NCBI GenBank assembly: GCA_028534125.1
Contig: CM052817.1
Coordinates: 4,962,001-5,026,000, forward strand
DNA: 64,000 nucleotides
Direction of reading: 5' to 3'
Origin: Lama glama
Taxonomy: Eukaryota
Below are positions 1-12,985 of the stretch, piece after piece. The first letter of the stretch is position 1, and every line of letters starts with the position of its first letter. Under the pieces are notes generated by a model. It made no database searches, was not told where the DNA came from, and was given only the letters and a program-made list of their open reading frames with translations. The translations under genes and the position numbers were made by a program.

Positions 1-170
1 CAGCTCTGCCACTTACAAGCTGGGTGATTTCCCTACTTCCTCAGCTTCAATTTGATCTTCCCCAGAGTGGGAATAAAAACGCTTACCGCCTAGGGTCAGC
101 GTGGTGGCTGAATGAGCTTCCACATGGAATGTGGCTGGCACTTGGCAGGAGCTCAGTAGATGTTAGTCCT
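1..170 (+). mobile_element. MIR SINE fragment
   Basis: cagctctgccacttac...cctcagcttc...tggcacttggcaggagctcagtagatgttag resembles the MIR core and tail. Confidence 0.6.
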
Positions 171-302
171 TTCCCCAACATCATGAAAGTCAATCTTGGT
201 TGCTATGAGAGCTAATATTTGCTCCTAGAATGCTGCCCACTGGCAATCATCGAGGCTCCTTACGTGGCAGTGCAGAGCGCCCATCTTCAAAGGAGGTAGG
301 CA

Positions 303-560
303 TTTTTAACTGAAGTATAGTCATTTTACAGTGTTGTCTTAGTTTCTGGTGCACAGCATCACGTTTCAGTCACACATGTACATACAAATATTCCTTTTCA
401 TATTATTATTCATTATAGGTTTCTACAAGCTATTGAATATAGCTCCCCATGCTACACAGTAGAAACCTGTTGTTTATCTATTTTATATATAGTAGTTAGT
501 ATCTGCAAATCTCAAACTCCCAATTGATCCCTTCCCACCCTCTTCCCTCCACCAGTAATA
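303..560 (-). mobile_element. Short young L1 3'-end fragment
   Basis: aactgaagtatagtcattttacagtgttgtcttagtttctggt is homologous to the L1 3'UTR copies at 30797 and 38295. Confidence 0.8.
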
Positions 561-2119
561 GGTGTATTCCCCTCTCCCAGCTCCCATAATCTCATGTAAA
601 CCTCAACTAGATGTGGCAGTTGCCAAAGACTCCAGGTTTCTAAAAGCTACCAAACAATAAAACACCACCAAGGCTCATAGCCTGATAAAAGGAACTCCTC
701 TAACTCAAACTGAAGATCTAAAAATAAAGCAGCCCCTCCATCGGATCCAGGGTGAGGACGGGGGAGGCTAACTGAGCAGGATGTGTGCTGTGACTGCGTG
801 AATGTTTTATCTGTGTTGTCAAAATGCCATCTGGAGCGAAGGAAACCTGGAGATCAATTTTCTCAGATTACGTGGTCACTCCCAGAAGCGGGTGTGCAGA
901 AACGCTGATCCCTGCCGGCTCCCCCAGCACCCCAAGCAGCTAACCATGCTGAGAAAGGAGCGGATGTTTTGTCATTATTACTTTCAATAGGAAAGTCCCA
1001 AAATGCTAAAGTGCTAAGACAGTTCTCTTGTTATGCCTCACACCAGCTGTCTGAAAATTCTAAAAGGATGCTTTAGTGTAGGCCCAAATGTTTGGCTCTC
1101 TTAGGAATATTCTAAAGGCATATTAAACAATTTTTTACTGCGTGAAGGCACATGCTCGTTGTAGAAAATACTTCCCTCCTTGGAAAGTGTAGAAAAATAG
1201 AGAATACAATGAAAGTCACTTATAATTTCACCTCCCCATGAAATGTATAATTCAATTCCCAGCAGTAATTTTTTTCAATTCTTATTTGCAACCAGCTTTT
1301 TCACTTAAATCTTAAAAATCTCCCATTAAAATCACCGACAAACATTACTTTGAATGATTAATAACATTTCATCGTATTATGTCCCCTAATTACTTAGCCA
1401 TTCTATTAAGATTGATTACTGAAATTATATTATTTCACTGATATTATACACGTTCTCTATTATAAATCATGCTGCCATGAAGACTTTTAATCACACAACT
1501 GAAGGGCCACATGAGCAGTGACGGTGTCTCTTTTAATCACCAACATTTCTCCCAAACCAAGTACAGGACCTGGAACAATGCATATTGTTTGAATGTATGA
1601 ACCCTGTTATATTTTTAGAATATAATTGCTAGTAATATTCTTAAAGCCCTGTCTCCTTAAGCTTAGCATTAATTCACTGTCTAAACCCCAGCCTGGCATC
1701 TGAGGTCAGCATGATCTCTTCCCAGAGTGTCCTCGGCCACCTCCGCCTGGACCCCATCACTTATATGCTCTCAGACTGTCCCCTCCTAATGAAAATGTCC
1801 CTAGCCCTCATTCTCACAGCCCTTTTCTCCCAAGCAAAGCTAGTCTCTGCCCATAGGAGCACCTGCCTGAGGACCACGAGACCCACCTTACATCTGTCTC
1901 ACCTGCTGAACTGTGACCTCAAAGGAGAGCCTGAGCCTCATTGCTCTCTGTACTCCTGGTACTCAGCTCAGGGCTGGCAGCCAGTGGGTGTGCTGTAAAT
2001 CCAGGCTGGATGAACTAATTAATTGCAGGACTTGACCTAAGATCGCACCATTGATTCTGAAGTAAGCTGGGGTGGAAATAAATATATGGTTTTTGCTGAT
2101 TTTTCTCCTTTGTTCTGGC

Positions 2120-2577
2120 TGTATTCATCAGGGTTCTCCAGAGAAACAGAACCCACAGGATCTTTATGTATAATTTACTATAAGATATGGGTTCATGCAA
2201 TGATGGAGACTAGGAAGTCTCCCAATCAGCTATCTGTAAGCTGGAGACCCAGGAGGAACATGGAGTTGGAAGGCAAGAGAGTTAATGGCATAGATTCCTG
2301 AGAACCTGGAGCCCCGGGGAAAGGAAATGATGGATGTCCCACTTCAGCAGTCAAGCAGAGAGAGGGCAAACCCTCCCTCCCACCATCATTTTATTTACTC
2401 CTCAGTGGACTGGATGATGTCCACTCACACTGGAGAGGGCAGTGTGCTTTACCGTCTACTAATTCAAATGCCAATCTCTTCCGGAAACACCAACACAGAC
2501 ACCCCTGGAAATTAATGTTTACCCAGATATCTGTGCATCCCATGATCCATCAAGTTGACACAAAATTAACTATCAAA
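2120..2577. mobile_element. MLT2-type (ERVL) solo LTR
   Basis: Starts tgtattcatcagggttctccagagaaacagaacc, ends gacacaaaattaactatcaaa; 5-bp flanks ctggc/cttgc (TSD with one mismatch). Confidence 0.8.
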
Positions 2578-4036
2578 CTTGCTTTATTTTTTACAATACT
2601 CTTATTGCGATATAGTTCACATAACATAAATTCACCATCTGAAGATGTCTAATTCATGATTTGAGTATGTCACAATGTGTGCAACCACACCTCTACCCAA
2701 TTCGAGGAAATGTCATCACCCCAAGGACCTGTTAGCAGTCACTCCCACTCGCCCCCCTTTACCCATCCTCTAGGCAAGCACTCAACTACTTTCTGTGTGG
2801 ATGGATTTGCTTATTCTGGACAGTTCAAATAAATGGAATCACACAAAATGCGGCTTTTTGTAACTGATTTCTTTCTTTTAGCATACTATTTTCAAAGTTC
2901 ATCCATGTTTTAGCATGCATCAATGCTCTATTCGTTTTATGGCTAAATAATATTCCATTGTGTGGACAGACCACATTTTGTTTATCTATTCATCAGGTGA
3001 TGAACATTTAGGTTGTTTCCACTTTTTGTTATTACGAATAAAGCTTTTATGAGCACTTGTGTACACATTTTTGTGGGAACATGTGTTTACAGTTCTCTTC
3101 AGTATAAACCTAGGAGAAGAACTGCTGGGTCACACTGCAACCCTATGTTTACATTTTTGAGGAATTATCAAGCTGTCTTTGCTCGCACCTGCAACATTTT
3201 AACATTCCCACCAGCAACTGAAGTTGCCAATTCTCCACATTCTTGTCAACATTTATTATTTTCCATTTTTTTAAAAAAAGTATCATTATACCCATCCTAG
3301 TAGGTATAAAATTGTATCTCATTGTGGTTTTGATCTACATTTCCCAAATGATTAATGATCTTGAGCACCGTTTATTCCCCATTTGTGTATCTTTTTTGGA
3401 GAAATGTCTATTCAAATCCTTTGCCCAATTTTTTTAAATTTTGAGTTGTAAGAGTTCTTTATATATTCTGTATACTAGATCCTTATCAAATATATGATTT
3501 ATAAATACCTTCTCCCACTCATGATAGTGTCCTTTGATGCTCAAAAATATTGAGAAGTCCAACTTCTTTATTTTTTCCTTGCTTGCTTGTGCTTTTGGAG
3601 TCATATATAAGAAACCATTGCCTAATCCAGCTTCACAAGGATTGACACATGGTTCTTAGAGTTTGAAATTTTAGTTCTTACATTTAGGTCTATGATTCAT
3701 TTTGAGTTCATCTTGATAGGGGTCCAAATACAATCTTTTGCATATGCATATCCAGTGGTCCCAGCACCATTTACTGAAAACTTTTCTTTCCCCATTGAAT
3801 GATATTAGCGCTTCTGTCATAAATGACTTTGTCATAGATGTTTATTTCTGGACTCTCAATTCTATTACATTGATCTATACATCAATTCTTACGCCAGTAC
3901 CAAACTTCCTTGATTATTGTAGCTCTGTACTAAATTTTAAAGTGGTAAAATGTAACTCTTGCAACTTTACTCTTCTTTTTTCAAGATTGTTTTGGCTATT
4001 TCAAGTCCCTTTCACTTACACTAAATTTTAGGATCA

Positions 4037-4825
4037 CTTCACTGTAGTCTATAGTATTGTCTGAAGTCTGGGAGAGTTACTCCTCCAGCCTCTTTCTTTT
4101 CCTTCAGTAATGCTTTGGCAATTCTAGGTCTTTTGTGGTTCCATACAAATTTTATTATGATTTGTTCTAGCTCTGTGAAATATGTCCTGGGTAATTGGAT
4201 AGGGATTGCATTAAATCTGTAGATTGCCTTGGGCAGTGTGACCATTTTAACAATATTGATTTTTCCAATCCAGGAGCGTAGGATATCTTTCAATTTTTTA
4301 AGTCTTCTTTAATTTCCTTCATCAATGGTTTATAGTTTTCTGTGTATAATTCTTTCACCTCCTTGGTTAGATTTATTCCTAGGTACTTTATTACTTTGGG
4401 TGCTATTTTAAAAGGGATTGTTTCTTTACTTTCTTTTTCTGTTGATTCATCATTAGTGTAAAGAAATGCAACTGATTTTTGAACGTTAAATCTTGTAACC
4501 TGCTACCTTGCTACTAATCTTACCTTGCTGAATTCTGCGATCAGCTCTAGTAGTTTTTGTGTGGACCTTTTAGGGTTTTCTATATATACCAATATGTCGT
4601 CGGCATATAGTGACACTTTTACCTCTTCTTTTCCAATTTGGATCCCTTTTATTTCTCTCTCGCCTGATTGCTGTGGCTAGGACTTCCGGGACTATGTTGA
4701 ATAGGAGTGGTGATAGTGGGCAGCCTTGTCTTGTCCCAGATTTTAGTGGGAAGCCTTTGAGGTGTTCACCGTTGAGTGCTATGCTGGCTGTAGGTTTGTC
4801 ATATACAGCTTTTATTGTGTTGAGA
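4037..4825 (-). mobile_element. Young internal L1 ORF2 fragment with an 8-bp flanking direct repeat and no 3'UTR or poly(A)
   Basis: ORF 4039-4293 gives near-intact ORF2 ([26 protein letters not shown]). Flanked by taggatca at 4029-4036 and 4826-4833. Confidence 0.85.
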
Positions 4826-7800
4826 TAGGATCAGTTTCTCCATGTCTGCCAAAGAGGCAGTTGGATTTTTTTTATAGGAGTTGCATTTCTCTTGTATATT
4901 GACTTGGAAACTATTGCCATCTTAACAGTATTAAATCTCCAGATCTATGAACATGGGATGTCTTTTGATTTATTTATGTTTCCTTTAATTTTTTTCAACA
5001 ATGTTTCGCAGTTTTCAGTATACAAGTCTTACATTTTATTCCAAAGTATTTTAGTATTTTTGATAGAACTGTTTTAATTTCATTTTCAGGATGTTCAATG
5101 CTAATGCAGAAAAGTAAAACTGACTTTTTATGGATCTATACCATACAATTGTGCTGAACTTCTTATTAACTCTAAGAGCCTTTTTGTGGATTTTTTTGGA
5201 GGTTTCTGGATATGAGATCATGTCATCTCAAATAGAGACAATTTTACTTCTTCCTTTCCAATCCAGATGCCATTTATCTCTACTTATTTACTCATTTATT
5301 TTACATTTATTTATTTATTTGTTGCTTGCCTAAGTGTCCTGGCTAGAATCTCCAGAAAAAGCTGAATAGAAACAGTGAGAACAGGCATCATTTTCTATTA
5401 CTAATCTTAGAAGGAAAACATCCAGGCTTTCATCATTAAATATAATGTTAGCTGTGGGTTTTCCACAGCTGATCTTTATCAGGTTGAGAAAGTCCCTTTC
5501 TATTTCTTGTGTGCTAAATGTTTTTTTTTTTACCATAAGCAGCTGATGAACTTTGTCAAATGATTTGCCTGTGTCTATTGAGAGAATTATGTGATTTTTT
5601 TCTTTATTCTATTAAAATAGTGTATTACATTGATTGGTTTTCTTATGTTGAACTAAAATTGTATTCTTTGGGCAATCCCCACTTGCGGTATATAAACCTT
5701 TCTTAAGGGAGTCAGCTTTTACTGTTCTGCTGAGGAATTTTCCATCTATATTCATAACTGCTATTGGTCTGTATTCTGCATTTTTGGTGATGTCTTTGTC
5801 TAGATTTAACATTAGTAATACCAGCCCCCCTCCTCAATGAGTGGAGAAGTGTTTCCTCCTCACATATTTTTCAAAGAATTTGAGAAGGATTAGCATAAAT
5901 TCTTCTTTAAATGTTTGACAGAATTTACCAGTGAAAATATTTGGTCCTGAAAGTTGTATTTGTTGGAAGATTTTGATATTTTATTATTATCAAGTGCTCT
6001 TTACTTCGTACGTCTCTGGGTTTTCTATCTGTTCTTAGGTTGGTTTTGTAGTTTGTGTGTTTCTAGGAATTCGTTTCATCAAGATTACCTATTTTGCTGG
6101 CATACAGCTGCTCACAGCACTGCCCCGTGCTCATTTTTATGTCTACAGGGTCAATAGTGATGTCCTCACTTTCATTCCTGATGTGAGTAATTTGAGTTTT
6201 CTCCTTCTCTCTCCCTCTCTGATCAGTCTAGCTAAAGTCCTGACCACTTTGTTCATCTTTTCAAAATATAAATTTTTGGTTTTGTTGATTTTCTCTATTA
6301 TTTTTCTATTCTCTGTTTCATTAATTTCCATTTTGTTTGCTTGTGTTCAGTGTGCTATTCTTCATCTATTTTCTTAAAGTGGAAGTTAGGCTGTTGACCT
6401 GAGATCTTTCTTCTTTTTCTAATGCTGACACTTACAATAAATTTCCCTGAGTACTGTTTTCACTTCATCCTGTCAGTTTCGGTACACTGTGCTGTCATTT
6501 TCATTCACCTCAAACTACCTCCTAATGTTGGTTAGTTAGGAGTGTGTTGTTTAATTTCCATCTACTTGTGAACTTTTCAAATTTCTTTTTGTTATGGATT
6601 TCTAATTTTATTCTGTTGTGGTCACAGAACGTATTTTGTATGTCTTTAATATTTTAAGCTCATTGAGACTTGTTTTGTGTCCAAATATATGGTCTATCCT
6701 GGAAAATGTTCCATAGAGCATGAGAAAAAGATATGTATTCTGCTATTGTCAGCGAAATGTTTTCTATATCTCTGTTGGGTATAGTTTTATAGTGCTGTTC
6801 AAGTCTTCAGTTTACTTTTAAACTTCTGTAGAGTTATTCTACTCATTACTGAAAGTGAATACTGAAGTTTCCAACTATTATTGCTCAACTGTCTAGTTCT
6901 TCCTTCAGTTATATCAGTTTTGCTTCATGTGTCTTGGAGCTCTGTTGTTAGATAAGTATTTATTTGTTATAATTTCTCGATGGATTGACTCCTTTACTTT
7001 CAACCTATTTGTGTCTTTGACTCTAAAGTAGGTTTCCAGGGGGCAGCAGGTAGTTGGATCATACTTTTTTATCCATTCTACCAATATCTGCCTTTTAATT
7101 GGAGAGTTTAATCCATTTCTATTTAATACAATTACTGACAATGCAGGACTTACTGCTATCATTTTGATATTTGTTTTCTACATTTCTTGTATCTTTTTTA
7201 TTCCTTAATTCTTCCATTACTATCTTCTTTTGGTCAAAGAGGCTTTTCTAGTGTACCATAATCAATTCCCTGATCATTTCTTTTCCAAAATATTTTTCAG
7301 TTATTTTCTTAGTGGTTGCCCTGGGTATCATAATTCACACCCTAATTTGTAACAGTCGTTTAGATTAATACCAATTTAATTTCAAATACAGAAAAACTTT
7401 GTTCATATGTATCTCAGTTCACCTCCTTTTATGCTGTTATTGCCACAAATTATGTTTTTAAATACTGTGTCTATTAACAAAGATTTATAGTATCTTTACG
7501 CACTTACCTTTCAGTACAGATACAATAAAAAAGAGTTACAAACAAAAACGCACTCATACTGTCCTCTGTGTTTAGCTGTGTAGTTACCTTACGGGTGTTC
7601 TTTATTTCTTCATGTGGGTTTGAGTTACTGTCTAGTGTTCTTTCATTTCACCCTTTAGCGTTTCCTGCAGGGTAAGTCTGCTAGCAACAAACTCTCAATT
7701 TTTGCTTATCTGGGAATGTCTCAATTTCTCTTCAATTTCTTAAGGATAGTTTTGCTGGATACAGAATATTTGTCAAGAGTATTCTTTCAGTCACTCTGGA

Positions 7801-8071
7801 TATGTCACCTCACTGCCTCTGGCCTCTGTCTGACAGGAAATCAGCTGTTAATATAACTGAGGCCTCCTGCCTATGATGATTCACTTTTCTTTTTTCAAGA
7901 TTCTCTTCATCTTTGACAGTTGGATTAATCTAGGTGTGACTTTCTTTGAGTTTACCCTATTTGGCATTTGTTTAGCTTCTTGTAGGTATAGAGCAACATT
8001 TTTAAATCAAAATTGGTATGTTTTTGGCCATATCTTCAAATACTCTTTCTGCCGTTTTCCTCCGTCCTTTC

Positions 8072-9249
8072 TTTTTTTTTTTTTACATTTTTTATTGATT
8101 CATAATCATTTTACAGTGTTGTGTCAAATTCCAGTGTTCAGCACAATTTTTCAGTCATTCATGGACATATACACACTCATTGTCACATTTTTTTCTCTGT
8201 GATTNNNNNNNNNNNNNNNNNNNNNNNNNNNNNNNNNNNNNNNNNNNNNNNNNNNNNNNNNNNNNNNNNNNNNNNNNNNNNNNNNNNNNNNNNNNNNNNN
8301 NNNNNNNNNNNNNNNNNNNNNNNNNNNNNNNNNNNNNNNNNNNNNNNNNNNNNNNNNNNNNNNNNNNNNNNNNNNNNNNNNNNNNNNNNNNNNNNNNNNN
8401 NNNNNNNNNNNNNNNNNNNNNNNNNNNNNNNNNNNNNNNNNNNNNNNNNNNNNNNNNNNNNNNNNNNNNNNNNNNNNNNNNNNNNNNNNNNNNNNNNNNN
8501 NNNNNNNNNNNNNNNNNNNNNNNNNNNNNNNNNNNNNNNNNNNNNNNNNNNNNNNNNNNNNNNNNNNNNNNNNNNNNNNNNNNNNNNNNNNNNNNNNNNN
8601 NNNNNNNNNNNNNNNNNNNNNNNNNNNNNNNNNNNNNNNNNNNNNNNNNNNNNNNNNNNNNNNNNNNNNNNNNNNNNNNNNNNNNNNNNNNNNNNNNNNN
8701 NNNNAGTAGATTTCCTTCTGGGTACAAGCCCAGGAGTGGGATTCCTGGGTCATATGGTAAGTCTATTCCTAGTCTTTTGAGGAATCTCCACACTGTTTTC
8801 CATAGTGGCTGCACCAAACTGCATTCCCACCAGCAGTGTAGGAGGGTTCCCCTTTCTCCACAGCCTCTCCAGCATTTGTCATTTTTGGATTTTTGAATGA
8901 CGGTCAATCTGACTGGTGTGAGGTGATACCTCACTGTAGTTTTGATTTGCATTTCTCTGATAGTGATACTGAACATTTTTTCATGTGCTTTTTGATCATT
9001 TGTATGTCTTCCTTGGAGAGTTGCTTGTTTAGGTCTTCTGCCCATTTTTGGATTGGGTTGTTTATTTTTTCCTTATTGAGTCGTATGAGCTGCTTACATA
9101 TTTTGGAGATCAAGCCTTTGTCGGTTTCACTTGCAAAAATTTTCTCCCATTCTGTAGGTTTTCTTCTTGTTTTATTTCTGGTTTCCTTTGCTCTGCAGAA
9201 GCTTGTAAGTTTCATTAGGTCCCATTTGTTTATTCTTGCTTTTATTTCT
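8072..9249 (-). mobile_element. Young 5'-truncated L1 (ORF2 C-terminus and 3'UTR) spanning the gap
   Basis: Poly(T) at 8072; ORF2 C-terminal motif [18 protein letters not shown]; candidate TSD gtcctttc at 8064-8071 and 9250-9257. Confidence 0.9.
8205..8704. other. Assembly gap (500 N)
   Basis: Run of N. Confidence 1.
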
Positions 9250-10932
9250 GTCCTTTCCTTCAGAGGCCCCTGTTACATTCATGTGCTGATACATTTGATG
9301 ACACCCCACAGGTCTCTGAGGCTTTGTTCATTTTTCTTCATTCTTTTCTCTTTCTCTTCCTCAGACTGGATAATTTTAATTGACCTGTCTTCAAGTTCAC
9401 TGTTCTTAATCCACCCAGTTAAATCTGACATTGAGCCTCTTTAGTTAATTTCTCATTTTAGTTATTATACTTTTCAACTCCAGAATTTGTATTTGGTTCC
9501 TTTTTATAATTTTTATCCCTTTATCAATATTCTACTTGGTGAGACATGGTTCTCATATTTCCCTTTGGTTCTTTAGGTGTGGCTTTCTACAGCTCTTTGA
9601 ACATATTTTAAATACTTGATTTAAAGTCTTTACCCAGAAAGACCAACCTCTTAGCTTCCTCAGGGACAGTTTGTATTGATTGCTTTTCTTTCCCATGCAG
9701 CAACTATACATTATTGTTTCTTTGTAATCCTTGCAGTATTTGGTTGAAAACTGAATACTGAATATTATATTGTGTCAACTTGGGAAATCAGATTCTTCTC
9801 CCTTCTCAGGGTTTGCTGCTGTTGCTATCTGTTGTAGCTGTTGGTTTGTCTCATGAGTTTTCTAAATTAATTCTGTAAAGTCTGTATTCTTTGTCATGTG
9901 TGTCCACTAATGTCCCAGTCCCATTAGCTTAGTGGTTGGCTAACAATCAGAAGGAGATTTACTTACACTCTTGGGCAGAAAAACCCTCACTATCTTTGCA
10001 GGGGGCTCTGTGAGTACGTGGGAACACACTCTTTAACATTCAGCCATGAAGTTGACAACACTGCCTTAGCCTTCACTTCCTGCTGGTACAGACCTTCAAG
10101 GTCAGCCAAAGGTGAGATCTTTAAGGCCTTCTCATGCCCTTTCTTGTGCATGTTCATGACTAGAAATGCATGCGGTATTCTAGATTCCCAGGAATATTTA
10201 CAAACTGTTCAAAGCCCTTATTATCCAAAGCATCTCATTCTCCAGCCTTCCCACTCAAGATTTCTGGTGAGTCCATTATTCACTCCAACTGTTATCAACT
10301 GCCCCATGCAGCAATGACTAAAACATTTTCCCGTAAATAATTTTTACCGACACCCAGAACTTGTGCAAGTTCCAAGTCAGGTGAAATAAAGATGAGACTT
10401 TCCAGCCAGTTTTTGTCCTCTGGGGAGCCAACAGACAGGTCAGATAATGATGCTTCTTTGTGAATGAGGTCTGGACTGTTCCCTCTTGTACTGGGAACAT
10501 AAGATGTTGATATCAAGGTTATTGCTGAGGTAGGAAGTGGGAAATGGGTTTAAGGTAAATTAAAATATCACAGAGTTTGCTATTCTTACTAAGATTTAGC
10601 TGTTTTTCTTGAGTAAGTGCTCCTTGTGTTTCTACAAGCCTTTGGTTAATTTCCAGAGTTCCAAAAAGTTCATTCTGACAGTTTTGGCCAGTTTTTTCAA
10701 TATTTCAAAGTTCCTTACTCTGCCACTTTCACTAATGTCCCATTGATGTTTGTTTTAAACATGACTGAGTATGCATTTGAATTTTACAATTTGTTCCCTT
10801 AGAATTATCCTGAGCTATGTTTCCAATGTGTGTTCTCCAAAACTCTCCATGGGGAGACAGCTGGTGCTATATTCTTTGGTGAAATAAGTTTGGGATCTGC
10901 ATGCTAAAGTTCAACATATTTCCTTACCATAG

Positions 10933-11188
10933 TGTTACCAAGTCCAAGCTTGTACTACCAGCTGCACGACTGGCCAGTAATTCAACAGACAAGCTGCTGG
11001 GGCAAGGAATAGCAACTTTATCCGGAAAGCCAGCAAACTGGTAAGATGGTGGACTAGTGTCCCAAAGAACCATCTTAACTCAGAATAAAATTCAGGCTTC
11101 TTTTATGTTAAGGGAAAGGGGAAGCAGGAGGATTCTCAATTAATTGTCCAGTTGTGCAGCAAGCAATATGAACTTGGACGTGGAAACA
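10933..11188 (-). mobile_element. ERV1-LTR-derived element with inverted U5/U5 termini and 4-bp TSD
   Basis: 10933-~11123 aligns with the LTR at 46367; ~11134-11188 is the same LTR end in the opposite orientation; TG...CA termini; atag at 10929-10932 and 11189-11192. Confidence 0.85.
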
Positions 11189-11284
11189 ATAGGATTTTTC
11201 CAAATGCACAATATGTTCTCCTAAAGATGCTGCACAACTTCAAGAGAGAAATACAACATAAAACAAAATAGTTGCAGGTAACTT

Positions 11285-11470
11285 GCAGGCCAGGAACAGT
11301 GCTTGATACTTCTATTTATTATCTCATTTGATTCATGCCATCATGTAATATTATTCTCACTTCATAGGAAAGGAAACTGAGGCATAGAAAGTTGATAATT
11401 GTAATTGCCAGAGTTGGGAATTTAATCAAAGCAATTTCCAGCCTTTGCCCTAAGTCAATACACCATACTG
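11285..11470 (-). mobile_element. MIR SINE
   Basis: atctcatttg...aggaaactgaggcatagaaag MIR core. Confidence 0.65.
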
Positions 11471-12769
11471 CAGGATTTCCCTAACTTAATTTGGCCACAG
11501 AAACATTTGTTCAGAGAAACTTGGAGAACTAATGTGCCTCAGAATACATTCTGGAAAATGCTGAGCTAAAGCACACTCCATAACTGAGAGACTGATCTGT
11601 GCTTTTCTTGACACTTCTGCTGTCATAAATCATGCCACAACCCTTGCTACAAACATTAAATATTGATTGAAGATGGAATGTGGAGTCCTCCAGCCTACAG
11701 ATTACCAATACACAGAAGCTTCTGAATTTTAGTGTCTCCTTGAGGGTAGGCATTAAAAGTTAACTTAACAAAACCAAAACCAAAAAAGTCTACCCTGAAG
11801 CAGGGTTTAACAATATAATGTTATTTTTATAACATTGTAAAAGAAGTATGTGAACTGAGTCCACCTTAAAGATTTGTTTTCTTCAGTTTTTTGCACAAGT
11901 TATTTTTTCCAATGAAGAAGGTAATTTGTTCTCAGCATAGGAAAATTTGTAAAGAAAACAGAAATATGTAAAGGAACAGAAAATAAAAACCTTAATTCCT
12001 TCCACTCAGAAGTAATTTCTGTCTTCATAGCTCTTTCTGGCATTTTGAGTATCTTATTTTCTTTTCATCCTTGGAATCTTGCCATAAATTTTTATTACTG
12101 CAATTATTTTTTCATACCATTGCAAGTTTTCATAAACATCTTTTTTTTTTTGCATGCCTTCAAAATATTCCATTCCAGGGAAGTAGCATAACTTACTGAA
12201 TCTTTCCACTCATGTCAACTATTTAGTTTGTTACCCATCTTTCACTATTTTAAATAATGCTGTGAAAAAACAGCTCTGGAAGATACACAAAATGCTAGTG
12301 TCCATCATTTATACAGAGGCTGATCCAGACAGAAGGTACACAGTGAAATAAACATACAGCAGTGTCAACTGACAGGCTACAGTCTCCAGCCACAGTGAAG
12401 TGAAGAAAGGATAAATACAACACAGTGAGAGATTTGTGGAAATGAATCCACAAATTCAGCAAAGAAAATTGTAACTAAAATATGAAACATCCAATATAAC
12501 CACAAGGATTTAAAAACAGAGTTGGAGGGGCAGCTGTTACTGGAAAGCATGGTCTTGTAGAGAGAAATAGGCATGCAAAAGTTCAACAAATCAGGTGACA
12601 GGTGAGGAGTGTTCTAGAGCTAAGGAACCAGAATAGACGCTATCCATCCTTTTGCTATTTAAATACTTGATGAATAAACATTGTTCTAATGATTATATCT
12701 ATATGTAGTAGACTTGGGGATAATTCTAGTCCTTCATTGCTTGAAATAGTAGTGGTGCCCGCGTCCACC

Positions 12770-12985
12770 CACTGATCATGAGCTGTGTGTCAGTGTCTGG
12801 GCAAGGGCTATACGTACTTCATCTCAGTTAAGCCCAGCACAAAGCACATACAATTATATGCAATTGACTAAGGCAGAAAATGAGGCTCAAAAGTTGAGTA
12901 ACTTACCCTACATCTTTCAGCAACTAGCAACTGAACCAGAGCTGAAAACACATCTCAGCCCAGAGCCTGTTACCTGCCACAGGAC
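12770..12985 (-). mobile_element. MIR SINE
   Basis: aaatgaggctcaaaagttgagtaacttaccc MIR core. Confidence 0.6.

Larger units (their letters stand above)
2585..10740 (-). mobile_element. Long, old, degraded L1 (L1M-type) interrupted by two younger L1 pieces
   Basis: 3'UTR at ~2585. Minus-strand ORF remnants match L1 ORF2: endonuclease start NGLNSPIKRQ (6914-7162), KINKTK (6143-6331), YRPIAVMNIDGK (5612-5812), KPTANIIFN (5330-5536). ORF1/5' sequence runs to ~10700. Confidence 0.88.

Noticed and set aside
8121..9045. 200-296 aa ORFs
   Set aside because: Artefacts of translating the N gap; flanks are L1.
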